Source: Lama glama (Eukaryota). From it: a stretch of 64,000 nucleotides of DNA. The translations under genes were made by a program, and so were the position numbers. The notes beneath the pieces are model-generated. The model saw nothing but the letters and a program-made list of their open reading frames with translations. It had not been told where the DNA came from and searched no databases. The stretch is from the NCBI GenBank assembly GCA_028534125.1, contig CM052832.1, forward strand, positions 6,140,001 through 6,204,000, read 5' to 3'. Below are positions 25,122 through 38,527 of the stretch, in pieces (position 1 is the first letter of the stretch; each line of letters opens with the position of its first letter).

Positions 25122-26320
25122 AACTCAAGGGACACCGCACTCTGGAAATTTACTCAGTTTAGTGGCAGGGTGGTGTTTTTTCTCTTTTGTTTTGTTCTTA
25201 ACTTTTGTTTTTGGGGTGGGTGTGTGTGTGTGTTTATGTGTGTGTGTGTTTAACAGAATATATGGCCAGTGTTTTGAGTTCATTCATTCTTTCTTTTCTA
25301 AAACCCTTCTGGAAAATTAGCTTATAAGCCTTTTCAATATGTAACTTTTGCAGAATATCCACCACTACAGGTTTTTTTTTAAGTTCCGTATTTTCTTTGC
25401 TTTGCCTTCTTACGTATTCTCAGAATCATTCTGTGCACTTTAAATTCACTTAATATACCACAAATGCAGTGCGGGTGAGGCTCTTAATGGCTTAAAAGTG
25501 TCATGGCATCCTGTGAATTCTTTAAGTGGTCTTCACATCTCAACATCCACGTCTGCTTTTTTTTTTAATTATTATTACTATTTTATTATTTGTCATTTAC
25601 GAATTTTCTGAAGGGTTCAAGCAATGTAAGACCCGTTGAGTTACTGTAATACAATTAGATTTTGAGTTATCTTTTTAATATGCCTTGTTGTATAGTTCAT
25701 ATTCATGGCCGAAACTTGACCACACTGTCGCTGATTGTACGTTTTCACCTGGACACCGTGCAGAACGCTTGATTACTTGTGCTCCTCTTATGCTAATCTG
25801 CTCTGGGCTGGAAACATGAAATCCTCACAAGCCATCACGACTTGCTATTTGAGTGGCTTGACAACTGGGCCACCAGCGAACTTGAACTTCATCTTTTAGG
25901 GATCGAGCTGTCCTGGAACATATTGCTGCACTTTGGAAAGTCACAACTGAGTGGCGGTCACAACCGGCACCTTTTTTCCAAAGGGGATTTGCCCAGCTTT
26001 GCTTTAAAAGATGTCTTGTTTTTTTATCCACACATAGTCGATAGGTCCAGGCTGCCCTCTAGGCTTTGGTCTTAGTGGGTTTCCTTCATTCAATCACTTT
26101 AATTAAAAATGGCTGCAGCTCTAAGAACTCTTGTCTGATGTATTTGCAACTACACTCCTGTTTAGCGACGTGCTCCCTGATGCTCGGTTGCCAGATTCTA
26201 ATGCAAAGGTGGTGTGGACTCCCTTTGTGTGGGTGGGGTTTGTGGGTAGTGGAGAGGGACTGATAACAGAAAAATGCCTTCAAGTGTACTAATTTATTAA
26301 TAAATATTAGGTGTTTGTTA
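25122..26320 (+). other. TNFRSF21: TNFRSF21 3'UTR (3' end approximate)
   Basis: Follows the stop codon, is U-rich with a short TG repeat, contains no obvious interspersed repeats, and ends about 15-20 nt after AATAAA. Confidence 0.85.
25435..25442 (+). promoter_or_regulatory. miR-17/20/93/106 family 8mer seed match (GCACTTTA) in the 3'UTR
   Basis: Exact 8mer in an AU-rich context. A second GCACTTT match lies at 25928-25934. Confidence 0.6.
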
Positions 26321-26345
26321 CTTGAGTAGTTTGAGTGTATTTAAT
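26285..26345 (+). terminator. Polyadenylation signal of TNFRSF21
   Basis: TGTA at 26285-26288, AATAAA at 26299-26304, and downstream GT/T-rich sequence (gtgtttgtta...gtttgagtgtattt). Confidence 0.85.
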
Positions 26346-26642
26346 CCTTGCCTTGGCCATGTGCTCAAAGTCTTTGATTAGTCTCTTGGAAAAGTGTGTA
26401 TCCTAAAACCCTCAGCCATGCTAATCTGTAAATCAAGCCCGTGGGCAAAGGTTTGTGTTTGGGAAAGTACCTGGAGATTGGTGGTGAAGGACTGATCAGC
26501 ACTGAAGATGACTAAGCATTTTCTAGTCTTTGGGGGGTAAATCTGAGGCTTCTGCTTTTGAGAAGGTCCTTATTATGGAGGTGGAGAGGTACGCATGCCG
26601 ATTAGAACGTGGAGTCTGTTCCTACTCGTTACCATCTGTGTA

Positions 26643-27707
26643 TTCAGGACGAGTAACCAGAACTCATTTGTCAGGCTGAAACAGCGGACGCAGAGATCAC
26701 AGCAATGAAATGGATCTGGGTTCCAAGGAAAGCCCGACACTTACACGTTCAATAAATAACTGTGAACGTATAGGAATAGGGGGGAATCTATACAAGTTCA
26801 CCGGCTTCCATATGAAACCTCATTGCCCCCAAATAACTTCAGGGGGGCGTTCTTCTCAGTACGGCAGGGTAACGTCTTATGTTGGTGGGATATGTTACAT
26901 CGTATTTTATTACATCTCTATTATAGTGTGTGACATTTTATATTTCATTGCATGCCCCCTTAGCTTGGGAACCCTGACTCTCCAGAATTCTGACAACCAG
27001 AACCTCAGCAATTTTGAATTCCTCTTTCAGTGAGAAACTGGAACTAGATACCCTGTCTGAACACCCTGACACCCGTGTCAGTGACATGGAAGGGGTTTTC
27101 TGGTTTCTAGAGAGCCAGCATGGGATTTGGTTTTATGATTCTCAGGCCAGGTTTCCCTTCCTCTTTTGTCGACAGAAGACGGAAATTCTTCACCAAAGGA
27201 AAGCCAACCAGCATGAGTCATAGATGCTGGTGGAGGAGAAAGATTTTTTTTTTTCCAAAGGATTTCAGGCCTGCCACTTATTTTATGTGGGGGTTGACAA
27301 CATCAGAAATGCATGAATCATCATTTCGGTTATTAAGCTTGTAAATTATTCATAGCTTTGGACGCTTTTATTAATCATTTACACAGCTTTATCCTTTACC
27401 AAGTGCTTTTTGCAGTATTTTATTGAATCTTCATAACTGTCCTATAAAATAGGAACTACAATTGTGCCCATTTTATAGATGAAAAACAGGCTTATTTATT
27501 TAAAGGCTAAGGGGCGTGCTTAGTGATCGGACTTGAATCTGAATCCAAGACTGTTTGTTCAGGACGAGTAACCATGTTCAGGACGAGTAACCAGAACACG
27601 TTCGTCAGGCTGAAACAGCGGGCGCAGAGATGACAGTGATGAAGCTGATCTGGGTTATAAGGAAAGCTCGATACATTCAATAAATTTATGAAAGTAGAGG
27701 AATGGGG
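26643..27707 (+). repeat. Diverged direct duplication of about 140 bp (26643-26785 and 27577-27707)
   Basis: ttcaggacgagtaaccagaac...gtcaggctgaaacagcgg.cgcagagat.acag...gatctgggtt..aaggaaagc...ttcaataaat occurs twice. A perfect 19-bp tandem tgttcaggacgagtaacca x2 lies at 27556-27593. Confidence 0.92.
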
Positions 27708-27839
27708 TGACATCTCTTGATGTTCCGGGGGAGAGAGACATAGGAGTTAATGGTTAAACAGAAGCTTAATATTGAATTCACATGATACATAGCTTTTCTT
27801 AAAGAGGCAACCTCCAGCTGCATTATCGAAACATAGAAT

Positions 27840-28250
27840 GTCCTGGTCGGAGTTGATGATAATCTCTTTTGTATACTGCGGTGCTCACTTGGAGGTCTTC
27901 TCTGGTTGGAGCTGCCTTACTCTGAGGGATCTGGTGAAGTGGGAGGTCTTCAATGTGGGGCTGAGGGGATAACCGGAGAAGTAAGAGACAGACCCGGGAG
28001 CGATGTTGGGAAATCTCAACCTGACAATGAACGTCTGTGGAGGTAATAACCATCTACAGTCATGTGAAGGGCTGAGGAAGAGAAATTGTTTCTTTACGGA
28101 GTCATAGTGTCTCCTCTAGGCCAATTTAGGCTAAATGCACAGGAGCTTTTAAACAATTAGATGGGGCTGCTTTTCCAAAGGGAGAATGATTCCTACCCCG
28201 TGGAGAAGTTCGGTGGACGTTAGCACTTCTCAGCCCTTCCTGTAAGTAAG
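27840..28250 (+). mobile_element. Probable L3/CR1 relic
   Basis: Degenerate CR1-like 3' motifs (aaccatctacagtcatgtgaagggctg; gattcctaccccgtggagaagttc). Confidence 0.4.
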
Positions 28251-28409
28251 AGTCACCAGGGGGTGAGCAAGCTGTGATAAAGACAGAGTTCCAGAGAGTT
28301 CCATCCAGGAGGTGTGTGGGGAAGTGGAGAATGAGCCTCCCACACGATTGTTCGAGAAGCCCTCGCTGGGCTGCACTTTGAGGAAAGCTCTTTAGATCCT
28401 CGCCACTGT

Positions 28410-28875
28410 GGAGGGGGGACCAGCGGAAGCACAAGGCACCCGGGAGCTTGTTAGAAATGCCTAGTCTGAGGCCACTTTGCTGTGCTCCTTAAACTTTAAT
28501 GAAACACTTGGGGATCTTGTTAAAGCGCAGATTCTGTTTCAGTTGTTGTGGGGCCGGGTACCTGGGTGACGTGGATGCTTGCAGTTTCCTGATCACATCG
28601 CACAGCCTGAGATGATGCTTCGGTTTCCTGTAGAGTGATGCTGATGTGGGACAAGATGTCACTGATTCCACAGGAGAGAAGGGAACAATTCCTGGCAAGC
28701 CAAAGAGATTCCCGGAGTCAGGCAATCCTGGTCAGACTCTACAGGGAGCTTGGAGAACTCCAATGTCCAAACCAATTATGTCAGAATCTCAGGAATGGGA
28801 CCCAGATATTTGCATTTTTTAAAGCTCCCCAGGAGTTGCCAGTGTGTCGTCAGCTTGGACAACTGCCGATTTAAG
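28410..28875. mobile_element. MER5-like hAT relics (two or more fragments)
   Basis: gggagcttgttagaaatgc, gggatcttgttaaagcgcagattctg, tcagaatctcagga...tgcattttttaaagctccccagg. Confidence 0.6.
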
Positions 28876-30539
28876 AGCGTGTGAAGAGAGTGCTTCTGAA
28901 GTCTCACCCCAGATCTGATCGATAAATCTTACAGGGAGTTAACTAAGGGAGCTGCAGTTGTGATTTTGCTATAGCCCGTCCCCCTCAACTCTGCAGACTT
29001 GCTTTAGGGCCCATAATCCGGCTGTAAAATTTTCTGTAACTGCTAGAATTGATACACTCCCAAGCACAGTTGGGGCAACATCTTAAGGCTTAATTGCATT
29101 GATGAAGCCACCTGCACCTGATCAATTTTCCGTGGCTTTGCACATATTAGGTATGATTAAGAATATTTGGGAAGTGAAGTTATTAAGGCATGATTAAACA
29201 AGAACACTTGGAAAGTGATGTTATTCTGATTTATGGTTCTATATATATTTGAAGGTTTGCCATTTTCAAAGAAATGAAATAAGATATAATGAGTCATAAA
29301 ACTTGCACTGACTGTATATCACAGAATCTCAGACTTTTTGCAACACCTGGGCCATTGGGGCATCAATCTCAACGGACAGTCCTGTGGATGCGGCAGGAAC
29401 CTATCCTGACCTTTGATTCGAGGAAAGTAAATGTGATCTTTTGTTTAGCAGAATGATGGCCCTTACTTTTGTCAGGAACCTTGGATGTCACCCAGGGGGC
29501 CTGTGGTTTTCAGGTGGGAAGTTAGGGCCGTATCTAACTAGCTGCCGGCAGAGCCCTGTGCTCTGAGTCCCCGCCAGCACGCTTTCACTATTCCAAGAGA
29601 CCTCTTTTGTGTCTTTTCTTGAAAATGAAATGAATGAATGGAGCCAGAATTACTTGGATTAGAAATCTGAAAAAGTTTTCACCCTTTTTTGACTTCAAGT
29701 AGCTGCATGTGTGAGACACATCTGGATGCCGGAGTCTTACTATTTCTAAAATACTGATATTCATAAAATATTTTACAAGGCTATACAAGAAATTTGCCTC
29801 TAGGGAGAGGAACGGGCTGTCAGAGAAGAAGGATGTGTTCTTTTCATGATTTTTTTTCTTTGGAATCTTTTAGATTTTGTGCCACGGGCATATACTGCTG
29901 AATTTCAAAATTTAATAAATTTTAACTAATTTTTAAAATTATACATAAAATCATTTTTAGACTTTTTATGACATCCAGGGAATGTACACTTATGAAGACC
30001 AAGGTAAGAAAGATGTGAACCAGAGTGGAAACATTAGTGATAGCTTTGTGAGGGCCATTTCAGCAGAAACTGCAAAGGGAAAATCAGCCTCTTGGGGAGA
30101 AATGGCACCACCACCCTCAACCTCCACGATCTTAGAGATCTTAGATCCTTTTCCTGGACTTGGCTCCCAGACAAACTTAGGGTAACACGAAATTCAAATG
30201 GAGGGAATTCAGACGTAGAAGTTTAGAAAGGGGGAACATAGCAGCTACATTATATTTCTCAATACACGAATCACTCGTAATTAACATATTCACGAGGAAG
30301 AAGGTCAAAGATTTCTAAAGTGTCTTTCCGGGCTTCTTCATCCTTCCAAAGGAGATGCTTCTGCCCTGCCCTGGCATTGACCTGTCTTCATTCACCTACT
30401 GCTTTATCCACAGTGAAATGCCAAATGGGAAATCTCATGGGTGAGGAAGAAGAGGCAAAAAGGTAGCTCATTAACAATAGTCCTAGGATAATTGTTTCCA
30501 TTCTCTCTAGAAGCTTAAAATAGACATTTTCACACCAGG

Positions 30540-31290
30540 TTTTTGTCCATAATATTACCAGAACCAGGATATCGACATGAATACAATATTATTAAACTAT
30601 TGATCTTACTCAGCTCCCATCAGTTTTCACATGCACTTTTTTTGGTGTATGTACTATGAAATTTTATCACATGTGTTGATTCATATAACCACCACCATAA
30701 TCAGAATGTAGAAGGTTCATCACCACAGAGAAACTCCATCCTGACCCCACTTTAGAATGCTAACTTTCCCTCCACCCTAGCAACTGCTTTCCATCACTAC
30801 AGTTTTGTCATTTAGAGAGTGTTGTGTAAGTGGAACCATACAATATATAACCTTCTGAGATTGGCTTCTTTTTCCTCTTCCATTCAGCATGGTCCCCAAA
30901 TAGCTGTGAATATCAAGTTTGTTAATTTTTACTGCTGAGTAATGTCCCATGGTAGGGAGGTACCACTGTTTGTTGAACCATTCATGCATTGGAAGACATT
31001 TGGACTGTTTCCAGTTTGGAGCTATTGCAAACAAAGCTGCTATGAACACCTGTGGGCAGGTTTTTATGAGGAAATAAGTTATATTTATTTAAGGTGAATA
31101 CCCAGGTGTAGGATTGCTGGGTAGTATGGTAGGTGTATGTTTAACTTTATAGTAAACTGTCAAACTTTTCACAGTGGTAGTACTGTTATGTATTTCCAAA
31201 GTGATGTCTTAGAGATCCAGTTACTCTGCATCCTTGCTGTCCTTAATATTGTCAATATTTGTGCGTTAGTCATTCTGATACATTTGTAGT
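30540..31290 (-). mobile_element. Old L1M 3' region
   Basis: Minus-strand translation MFIAALFAIAPNWKQSKCL... resembles the L1 ORF2 C-terminus. Typical tttccagtttggagctattgcaaacaaagctgctatgaac motif. Confidence 0.85.
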
Positions 31291-31399
31291 GGGACAAACG
31301 GGTTTATAAAGTTACGAAGACATGCAAATAAGTAAGAATTTTAAATTGAGAGAAGGGCTACCTCTCTGATGCTCACTTCTATTTAATTGCTATAATTTC

Positions 31400-32890
31400 A
31401 TTTTTTTCTTTTTCCTTTTATTATGTTTTATTATTACTTAACATGAGATCTGCTCTCAAAAAATTGTTAAGTATACGCTACAGTATAACTGACAATGTTA
31501 CATGACAGATCTCTAGAAATGATTCATCTTGCTTAACTGAAATTTATGCCCTTAGCTTAGTAACTATCCATTTTCTCCCTCCCTGGGGCCCCTAGCAACC
31601 ACTATTCCACCTTTTGATTCTATGCATTTGGCTATTTTAAATACCCCATACAGTTAATTTCTTCCTTTGACTGGCTTATTTCACTCAGCATCATATCCTC
31701 AAAGGTCATCTGAGTTGTCACATACTGCAGAATTTTCTTTGAGTCCAAACAATATTCCATTGTATTGATACACCAGATTTTATTTGTTTATTTATCTGTC
31801 AGTGGACATTTAGTTTGCTTCCATATCTTGGTTATTGTGACTAGTGCTGCAACGAACATGGGGGTGCTGATATCGCTTTGAGATACTGATTTAATACTTT
31901 GGGGTAAATCCCCAGAAGTGGGTCTGCTGGATCACATGGTAGTTCAATTTTTAACTTTTTTTAAAAACATTTTTTATTGATTTACAATCATTTTACAATG
32001 TTGTGTCAAATTCCAGCGTAGAGCACAATTTTTCAGTTATACATGAACATATATATATATTCATTGTCACATTTTTTTCTCTGTGAGCTACCGTAAGGTC
32101 TTGTGTATCTTTCCCTGTGCTGTCCAGTATAATCTTGCTTATATATTCGACATTTTGAAATCCCATCTATCCCTTTTTGAGGAATCTCCATACTGTTTTC
32201 CATAATAGCTGTAACCAATTTATATTCCCAGCGATGCTGTACAAGAGTCCCCTTTTCCCCACACCCTCACCAACACGTGGTATCTTTTGACTATTTTTTT
32301 TATTGAGGTATAACTGACATACATTCTATTAGTTTCAGGTGTACAACATAAAGATTCAATATTTGTATATGTTGCAAAAAGGTCCCCACAATAAGTCTAG
32401 TTAACCTTTGTCTCCCTTGAATTTTTTTATAATAACAACCCTAACAGGTTTGCAGTGATAGCTCACTGTGATTTTGATTTGCATTTCTCTGATGATTAGT
32501 GAGCTTAACCCATCTTTTTAATATATCTCTTGGCCACTTACAGGTCTTCTTTGGAGAAACGCCTGTTCAAGTCTTTAGCCTATTTTATAATTGGGTTATT
32601 AGGTTTTTTGCTGTTGACTTGTAGGAGTTCCTTATATGTTTTAGAAATGAATCCCTTACCAGGTATATGGTTTGCAAATATTTATTTTCCATTCCACCGG
32701 TTGCCTTTTCTCTCCATTGCTTGTTTCCTTTGCTGTGCAGAAGCCTGTCAGTTTGATGCCATCCCGCTCGTGTATTTCTGCTTCTGTTGTCTGTGCTTTT
32801 GGCATCAGACCCATGAAATCATTGCCAAGAAGTTCTACTGTGTGTTTTCTTCTAGTAGTTTTATTGTTTCAGGCCTTATGTTTAAGTTTT
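31400..32890 (-). mobile_element. L1 3' ~1.2 kb host element containing two nested L1 3' fragments
   Basis: Continuous L1 antisense motifs (gtggacatttagtttgcttccatatcttgg; ctggatcacatggtagttc; tttgcatttctctgatgattagtga), broken at 31961-32172 and about 32292-32406. Confidence 0.88.
31961..32172 (-). mobile_element. Young lineage-specific L1 3' fragment nested in older L1
   Basis: Closely similar to 58225-58430. Flanked by cttttt (31955-31960 and 32173-32178), after which the host resumes with gaggaatctccatactg. Confidence 0.85.
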
Positions 32891-35800
32891 TCTTACTCCA
32901 TTTGTAAGACAAAGGTCTAATTTTATTCTAATGATCATGAAGACTTGATCCATTGGTGTTCTGTCAGAAGGAAATTTCTTCAGGTGGCTCCAGGTCAGTG
33001 TCTAAGAATGGATCTTAAACCACTCAGCAGTTCCCACATGGTGTTCTGAGGAGATTCTGGCAACATATTTAGAGTATTCTGCAGAAAAACACTCTGTAAG
33101 CCAATAAATTTGAAAACAGCTGCATCCTCTCTGCCCTTCTCCCCCATCCCTTGAGTATTACAATGCTCTTTAGCATATTGGAGGACCTGAAAAATCGTGT
33201 CATGAAGTGACATGTTTAACATATTCCTAAATTCATGTGATCATGAAATATACAGATACACACTTCTAATTAATTTGTATTTGCAAATGCCTATTGTCTA
33301 ATGGAATAGTAATTTTCTGCAAAGCAGAGTCTAGAAGGCACTGATATAAATCATACCATTGTGGCATCCTAAAAAAAAACACTGGATTTGGGGTCAGAAG
33401 TCCTCAGCCCACAGCTGCTATTGGTTAAGACTCAGAAGGTCTGAGCACATTTGAGCCAGCTATCAGAGTAAGATAATATCCCAGTGGCCAAAGAGGCTTC
33501 CAAGGAAGCAAGAGGCATAAGGCAGACACTGTTACCATGGTCAGGTCAAGTACTGGGTCAGAGACCAATGCGTGGACATATAAGAAAGAAACTTGATAGG
33601 AGGGAAAAGCAATTAGAAAGTGATAATGTGGTGCTGATAGCTGAGGCAAGGCTTGGGCAGAGCCAGAGATTTCACCCCCATCTTCTCCTTGGTCAGAAGC
33701 CAAGTCCAGGGTCATAGGCCGGCCGGGGCTGGGACAGACGAAGGAGCTGTGGGATGATGAGCCCGGCTTGAGCTGTTGGGTCAGGACAGAGCCTGAAGGT
33801 CCATGTGGGAGCCCAGTGATGTGATATACGAGGATGGATACCACAGGGTGTGTGTCCCCAGGATCTAGAACTGCAGGTCACTAGGACAGTTTTCAAGTCC
33901 TCCCAGTTTAAAACCCAGTGGCCCCAAGCAAGAGTTGGGTGGGAAATGAGCCAATGCCCAGAGAACAGGATGTTAGTACTGAGAAGGGCAGCAGCATGGG
34001 TTGGGTAAGCAGCCCCTCAAAGGGTGGAAATAGGGATGGAAACCCCACTAGTGATGGTCTGAGAGTGGGGGAACTTAAAGACAGATGTTTAGGCTCCACA
34101 TATTCCCCAAATAGCCGCTCTTCTCCTAAGATCAGATTCCCCTGGAGTTGGGGACACAGGGACCATTATAGATGAGGGTGAGAGGTGGGTGGACGGCAAC
34201 TAGGCAAGATAATACAATCGGCATAAAAAACCATGGGCTACAAATAAGGGAAATAAGCGAGTGAGCCCCTGATTCCAAGAAGGAACAAATGAGCAGAAAT
34301 GAAGTCACGTCTGGATGCAGGAGAACTGGAATGGTCCTGGAACAATATTCTTAGTGGTCCCAGAATCAAAATCTCATAAAATATGAAGCTAGATCTCAAC
34401 ATGGTCAAAGTCTTCCCTCCACCACTCAAACTGGTCATCGAGTCATCTTCCTGAAGTTTGCTTAACTTTATTTTAGGAAAAAATAATGGTAAGTTTAGTG
34501 GCTCCAGGTATCTGTGGTCCAAGGACTAGTGTAATGTGCAAATAGAATATTAGAGGTCACTTACTCACACTTCTCACTCCAAAGCGCTCCATTGCATACT
34601 TCGCTGCTATTCAAATTCATGACCCTTGAAACTTAAAAACATCCCTCCAGCACTTGATCTCTAAAACCAGTCAAGTGCAACAACTCAAGTGCAAAGTGTG
34701 GGCTTTTCAACTGCCACGCAAATTGGGGCAGTGGCAGCCAGAACAGATCATTCCATGGCAATGATCGCCGACTCACTCCAACTCAGTAGTCAACTGGCAG
34801 CTCTAGCAGGTCTCATTTTGAATTTAAAATTGAACTCAAAGCCTCAGCTACACGATTAAACAGCTCTCGAGCTACCGAAGTAAGCATCTCCAAATATATT
34901 TCCACAGGTGCACTGCAGACACAGTCAACCTAACAAAAACAGCCCGCTTAAGAATGATTTATCTACTTTACCACCTCTCCATCCCAATTAGCATTTCTTT
35001 TGTTGCCTCAAGTGAGAGAAATATGTAAAAATAATAAGGCCGGATCTAGTTTCTGTTTTGAAAATATTTTCAGGGGAAACATGTTTGCAATTAAACAAAA
35101 GTGCATGCCTTGGATAATATGGCTAGTCTGACATGGAGATTCTATATCAAGGAAAAAATCTTGGGGGGAAGGAACCAGTCTTTATGAAACTATTAAAGAA
35201 CTACGCTAGTCTTAGGAGAATTTGTTCTCCCAGGAAACACTGTAGAAGATGAAGAGATGCTTGGGAGTGGATCTTAGCTGTGTCTCCATCATATCAGGAC
35301 TTCCCTCCCCCACAGGCCTATTCCAATAAGCCCCCTACCCCAACAATCAGTCCTGTCCTCCAAGGACCGGACTGTATTTAATTCTACATTTTCAAACCTT
35401 ATGAGTCTCCTCCTTTATCCACTCAAATTTATCAGTCCAGCCACACAGTACATTTTGCAACTCCCCAAATAGGCCCCCAATTTCCTTCATAGACCCTTGT
35501 CAGGCAAGGGCTGCTTGCTCTGCTGAAAATGATGATCTCCCTGCCTCGCCACCCCCCTGCCCACTGTCTCCCATCTCCTCCTTCATGAGGTAATTCATTC
35601 TTACTCTTCAAGATTCGGCAGCACTCACCACTCCCTGCCAGCTCTCAGCCTCCAATGGTCTGCGATGTGTTCCCATCTCATTTTTATTTTGTCTACTGTA
35701 TGCCGGGAGCCATGCCCAGGAAATGTGGGTGGGATTAGTGAAAGGAAGTTGGGAAGTTATTAGGAGGTTAGGAGATGGGGTAGGGTGGAAGGCAGGATGT

Positions 35801-36199
35801 TAAGAAGAAAGGGAGGTAGGAAAGTAGGCAGATGCCATCTGGAGCCCTAGAACACACAACATTAAACTCAGTAAGAAGAAAAAGTGGCTCTTGCTAACCA
35901 CGTTTCCAGTTCAGTTGGAGTTGATGAAGGAAGTCCAAGTGAGGACCTTAAAGCTGCACATTTCAGGGCAACATACCTAACGGCAATGATAAAGAATAAA
36001 TAGGGGAAATGTAAACTGGAGAAGCAATTAAAAAGGACTTTTTAAAAAAAGGCTAAAAAATAAAATAAAATAAAATAAAAATGACTAGATTTAATCCCTT
36101 TCTGCTCATCCTGGCTCTTCGTTACCATGCCCCATGCCTTGTTTTAGGAAAAGTAAAATTTATGTAAAATGTTTATGTCTCTTCTCCCTTTCCTTTTTA

Positions 36200-36299
36200 A
36201 AATTAAATTAAATTTATTTTAATAAAGTACTGGGAATTGAACCCCAGACATCATGCATGCTAAGCACACACTCTACCATTGAGCTATAATCCCCTCCCC
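36200..36299 (-). mobile_element. tRNA-derived SINE (vic-1-like)
   Basis: gtactgggaattgaaccccagacatcatgcatgctaagcacacactctaccattgagctata. Confidence 0.88.
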
Positions 36300-37920
36300 T
36301 CCTTTTTTTTTTTTTTTTAAAAAAAATCCTCATCATGAAATGATACGGTGTTTTGGATTTGCCTCAAGATAATTTGGGTTTGGATAGGGAGAGAGGGGGA
36401 TATACATGAAACAAGCCAGGTCATGAGTGGATTATTGTTGAGTCTGGGTGATGAGTACACTGTGGTTTATTAACCTTTCCTGCTTTTGTATAGATTATTC
36501 ATAATGAAAAAATACAAAATAAATCCTCATGGGGTACAGGAGTGCTGCTCTGGTTAAGTAATTTACCAGCTACACTGTATACCAACTGCGTGTTTATACA
36601 TGCCTTCAATAAAATGTAATGCTCACAAGAAATGTGTCAGATATTTGACAAGGCATCAGATATTCCCTGGGATAAATGCAACTGTCCCTGTGTTTCCTGC
36701 TTCCTCCTCAACCTGAATCCTGGCTATCCTGACCCCTGACTCCATTCAGGGATGATTTATTTGGGGGGAGATGTAAGCGTTATCAGTGGCCTCACAGCTG
36801 AGAAATGGTCCTCTCAGCAGATGCCACAGAGGGCCTCTTACATACTAATTATCCACCAAATATGGGGACACTTACCACTGCCATGCTATCTCCCTTATAT
36901 GGTTTCATTCACCTTCTATCCTTAGATAGGGAATTTAAGGCACAGAGAGGTACTGTTCCTGATCTCACACAGCTAGTAAGGGCCAAATTGAAGATTTGAA
37001 CCTTAGGGTGTCAGACCCTAAATCCAATTCATTTAATCACTTAAGAAATGCCTGAATCAGCCCTATGATGCCTCGGGTTCCACATCCACTTCATTTGTTC
37101 TTGTACCTTCTCATTCTCTTTAGGGACAATGTTCTCACACTCCTTCTCCCATTTTGGAGGATAATTTCTCTCTCTTGTATACCTGATGCCTGGATTGCCT
37201 TAGGCTAAATCTGATTACTCTTACTCCTCAGACATAATTTTCCCCCACAGCTATATTACTTTGGGTTCTAGGATCTTTGAAGTTGCCATTTATGGAATGT
37301 GGTGATGGGATGGCAAAGGAAGAAGAAGAGAAGGAAGCAGCTGCTTAAGTCAGTTGCTGTCTTAAGAAATTACTGACACCCTTTCCTCTTTCTGGAGACA
37401 GCTCATCAAGGAGGTGGTGGAGGCGCCTGACAGTCATAGCTAACATTCAGTGACCGCTCGGTGGATTTGAATGCTAAGCACTTTCTATCAGTTTTCTTAC
37501 TGGACTCTTAAAATGACCCAGTAGGCTCTCCACTTCAGAGATGAGGAACTGCAGCCGACAGAAGTTCAGCACTTGCCGCGAGTCCTACAGCCAGCGGGCA
37601 GCTGAAGAGGGGTTCGCACCAGGGCTGCTGTGTGGCTCTGTGTATGTGGGGACATCTCTTCTACTGGGCACAAAGATGCCACGTGGACTAGTGGGCGCCC
37701 CTGTGTGACCCTGCCCCGCCTGGGAGTCAGACTACTGGCTCTTGATCCTGCTGCCTAAGAGTCAGCCTGGGCTTCCTACACAGCACATGGTCTACACTCC
37801 GGGGGGTACACTGGCTTGTCACCGTGACATTCTGAGAAAGGAGAGATCAGTGTGGTTTGGTAAAGAAGGATTCATTGGAGAAGTAAGCTTAAGCCGCACT
37901 TCAAAGGATAAGCAGAACAT

Positions 37921-38527
37921 TCTTTTTTTTAAATTGAGGTATAGTTGATTTACAATGTTGTGAAGCTTTCTGGTGTACAGCAGAGTGATTCAGTTACATG
38001 TATATATATTCTTGTCACATTCTTTTTCATTATAGGCCATTACAAGATACTGAATATAGTTCTCTGTGTTACACAGCAGGAGTTGCTGTTTATCTATTTT
38101 ATATATAGTAGTTAGCATCTACGAATCCCAAACTCCCAATTTAATCCTCCCTTTCCCCTCTAGTAACTATAAGTTTGTTTTCTATGTCTGTGAGTCTGTC
38201 TCTGTTTTGTAAATAAGTTCATTTGTGTCCCCCTGCTTTTTTTTAGATTCCACATACAAGCGATATTATATGGTATTTTTCTTTTTCTTTCTGACTTACT
38301 TCACTTAGTATGACGATCTCCATGTTGCTGCAAATGGCATTACTTTATTCTTTTTTATGGCTGAGTAATATTCCATTGTATATATATACCACATCTTTAT
38401 CCAGTTGTCTGTTGGTGGACATTTAGGTTGCTTCCATGTCTTGGCTATTATAAATAGTGCTGCTATGAACACTGGGTTGCATGTATCTTTTCAAATTAGA
38501 GTTTCCTCTGAATATATATGCCCAGAA
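37921..38527 (-). mobile_element. 5'-truncated L1 3' end
   Basis: ttttaaattgaggtatagttgatttacaatg...tagattccacatacaagcgata...gctgctatgaacactggg. aagcaga on both flanks is a degenerate TSD. Confidence 0.9.

Noticed and set aside
27556..27593. Short direct repeats (also 55419-55475) as a CRISPR-like array
   Set aside because: Only 2-3 abutting units with no unique spacers, in eukaryotic DNA with no cas genes.
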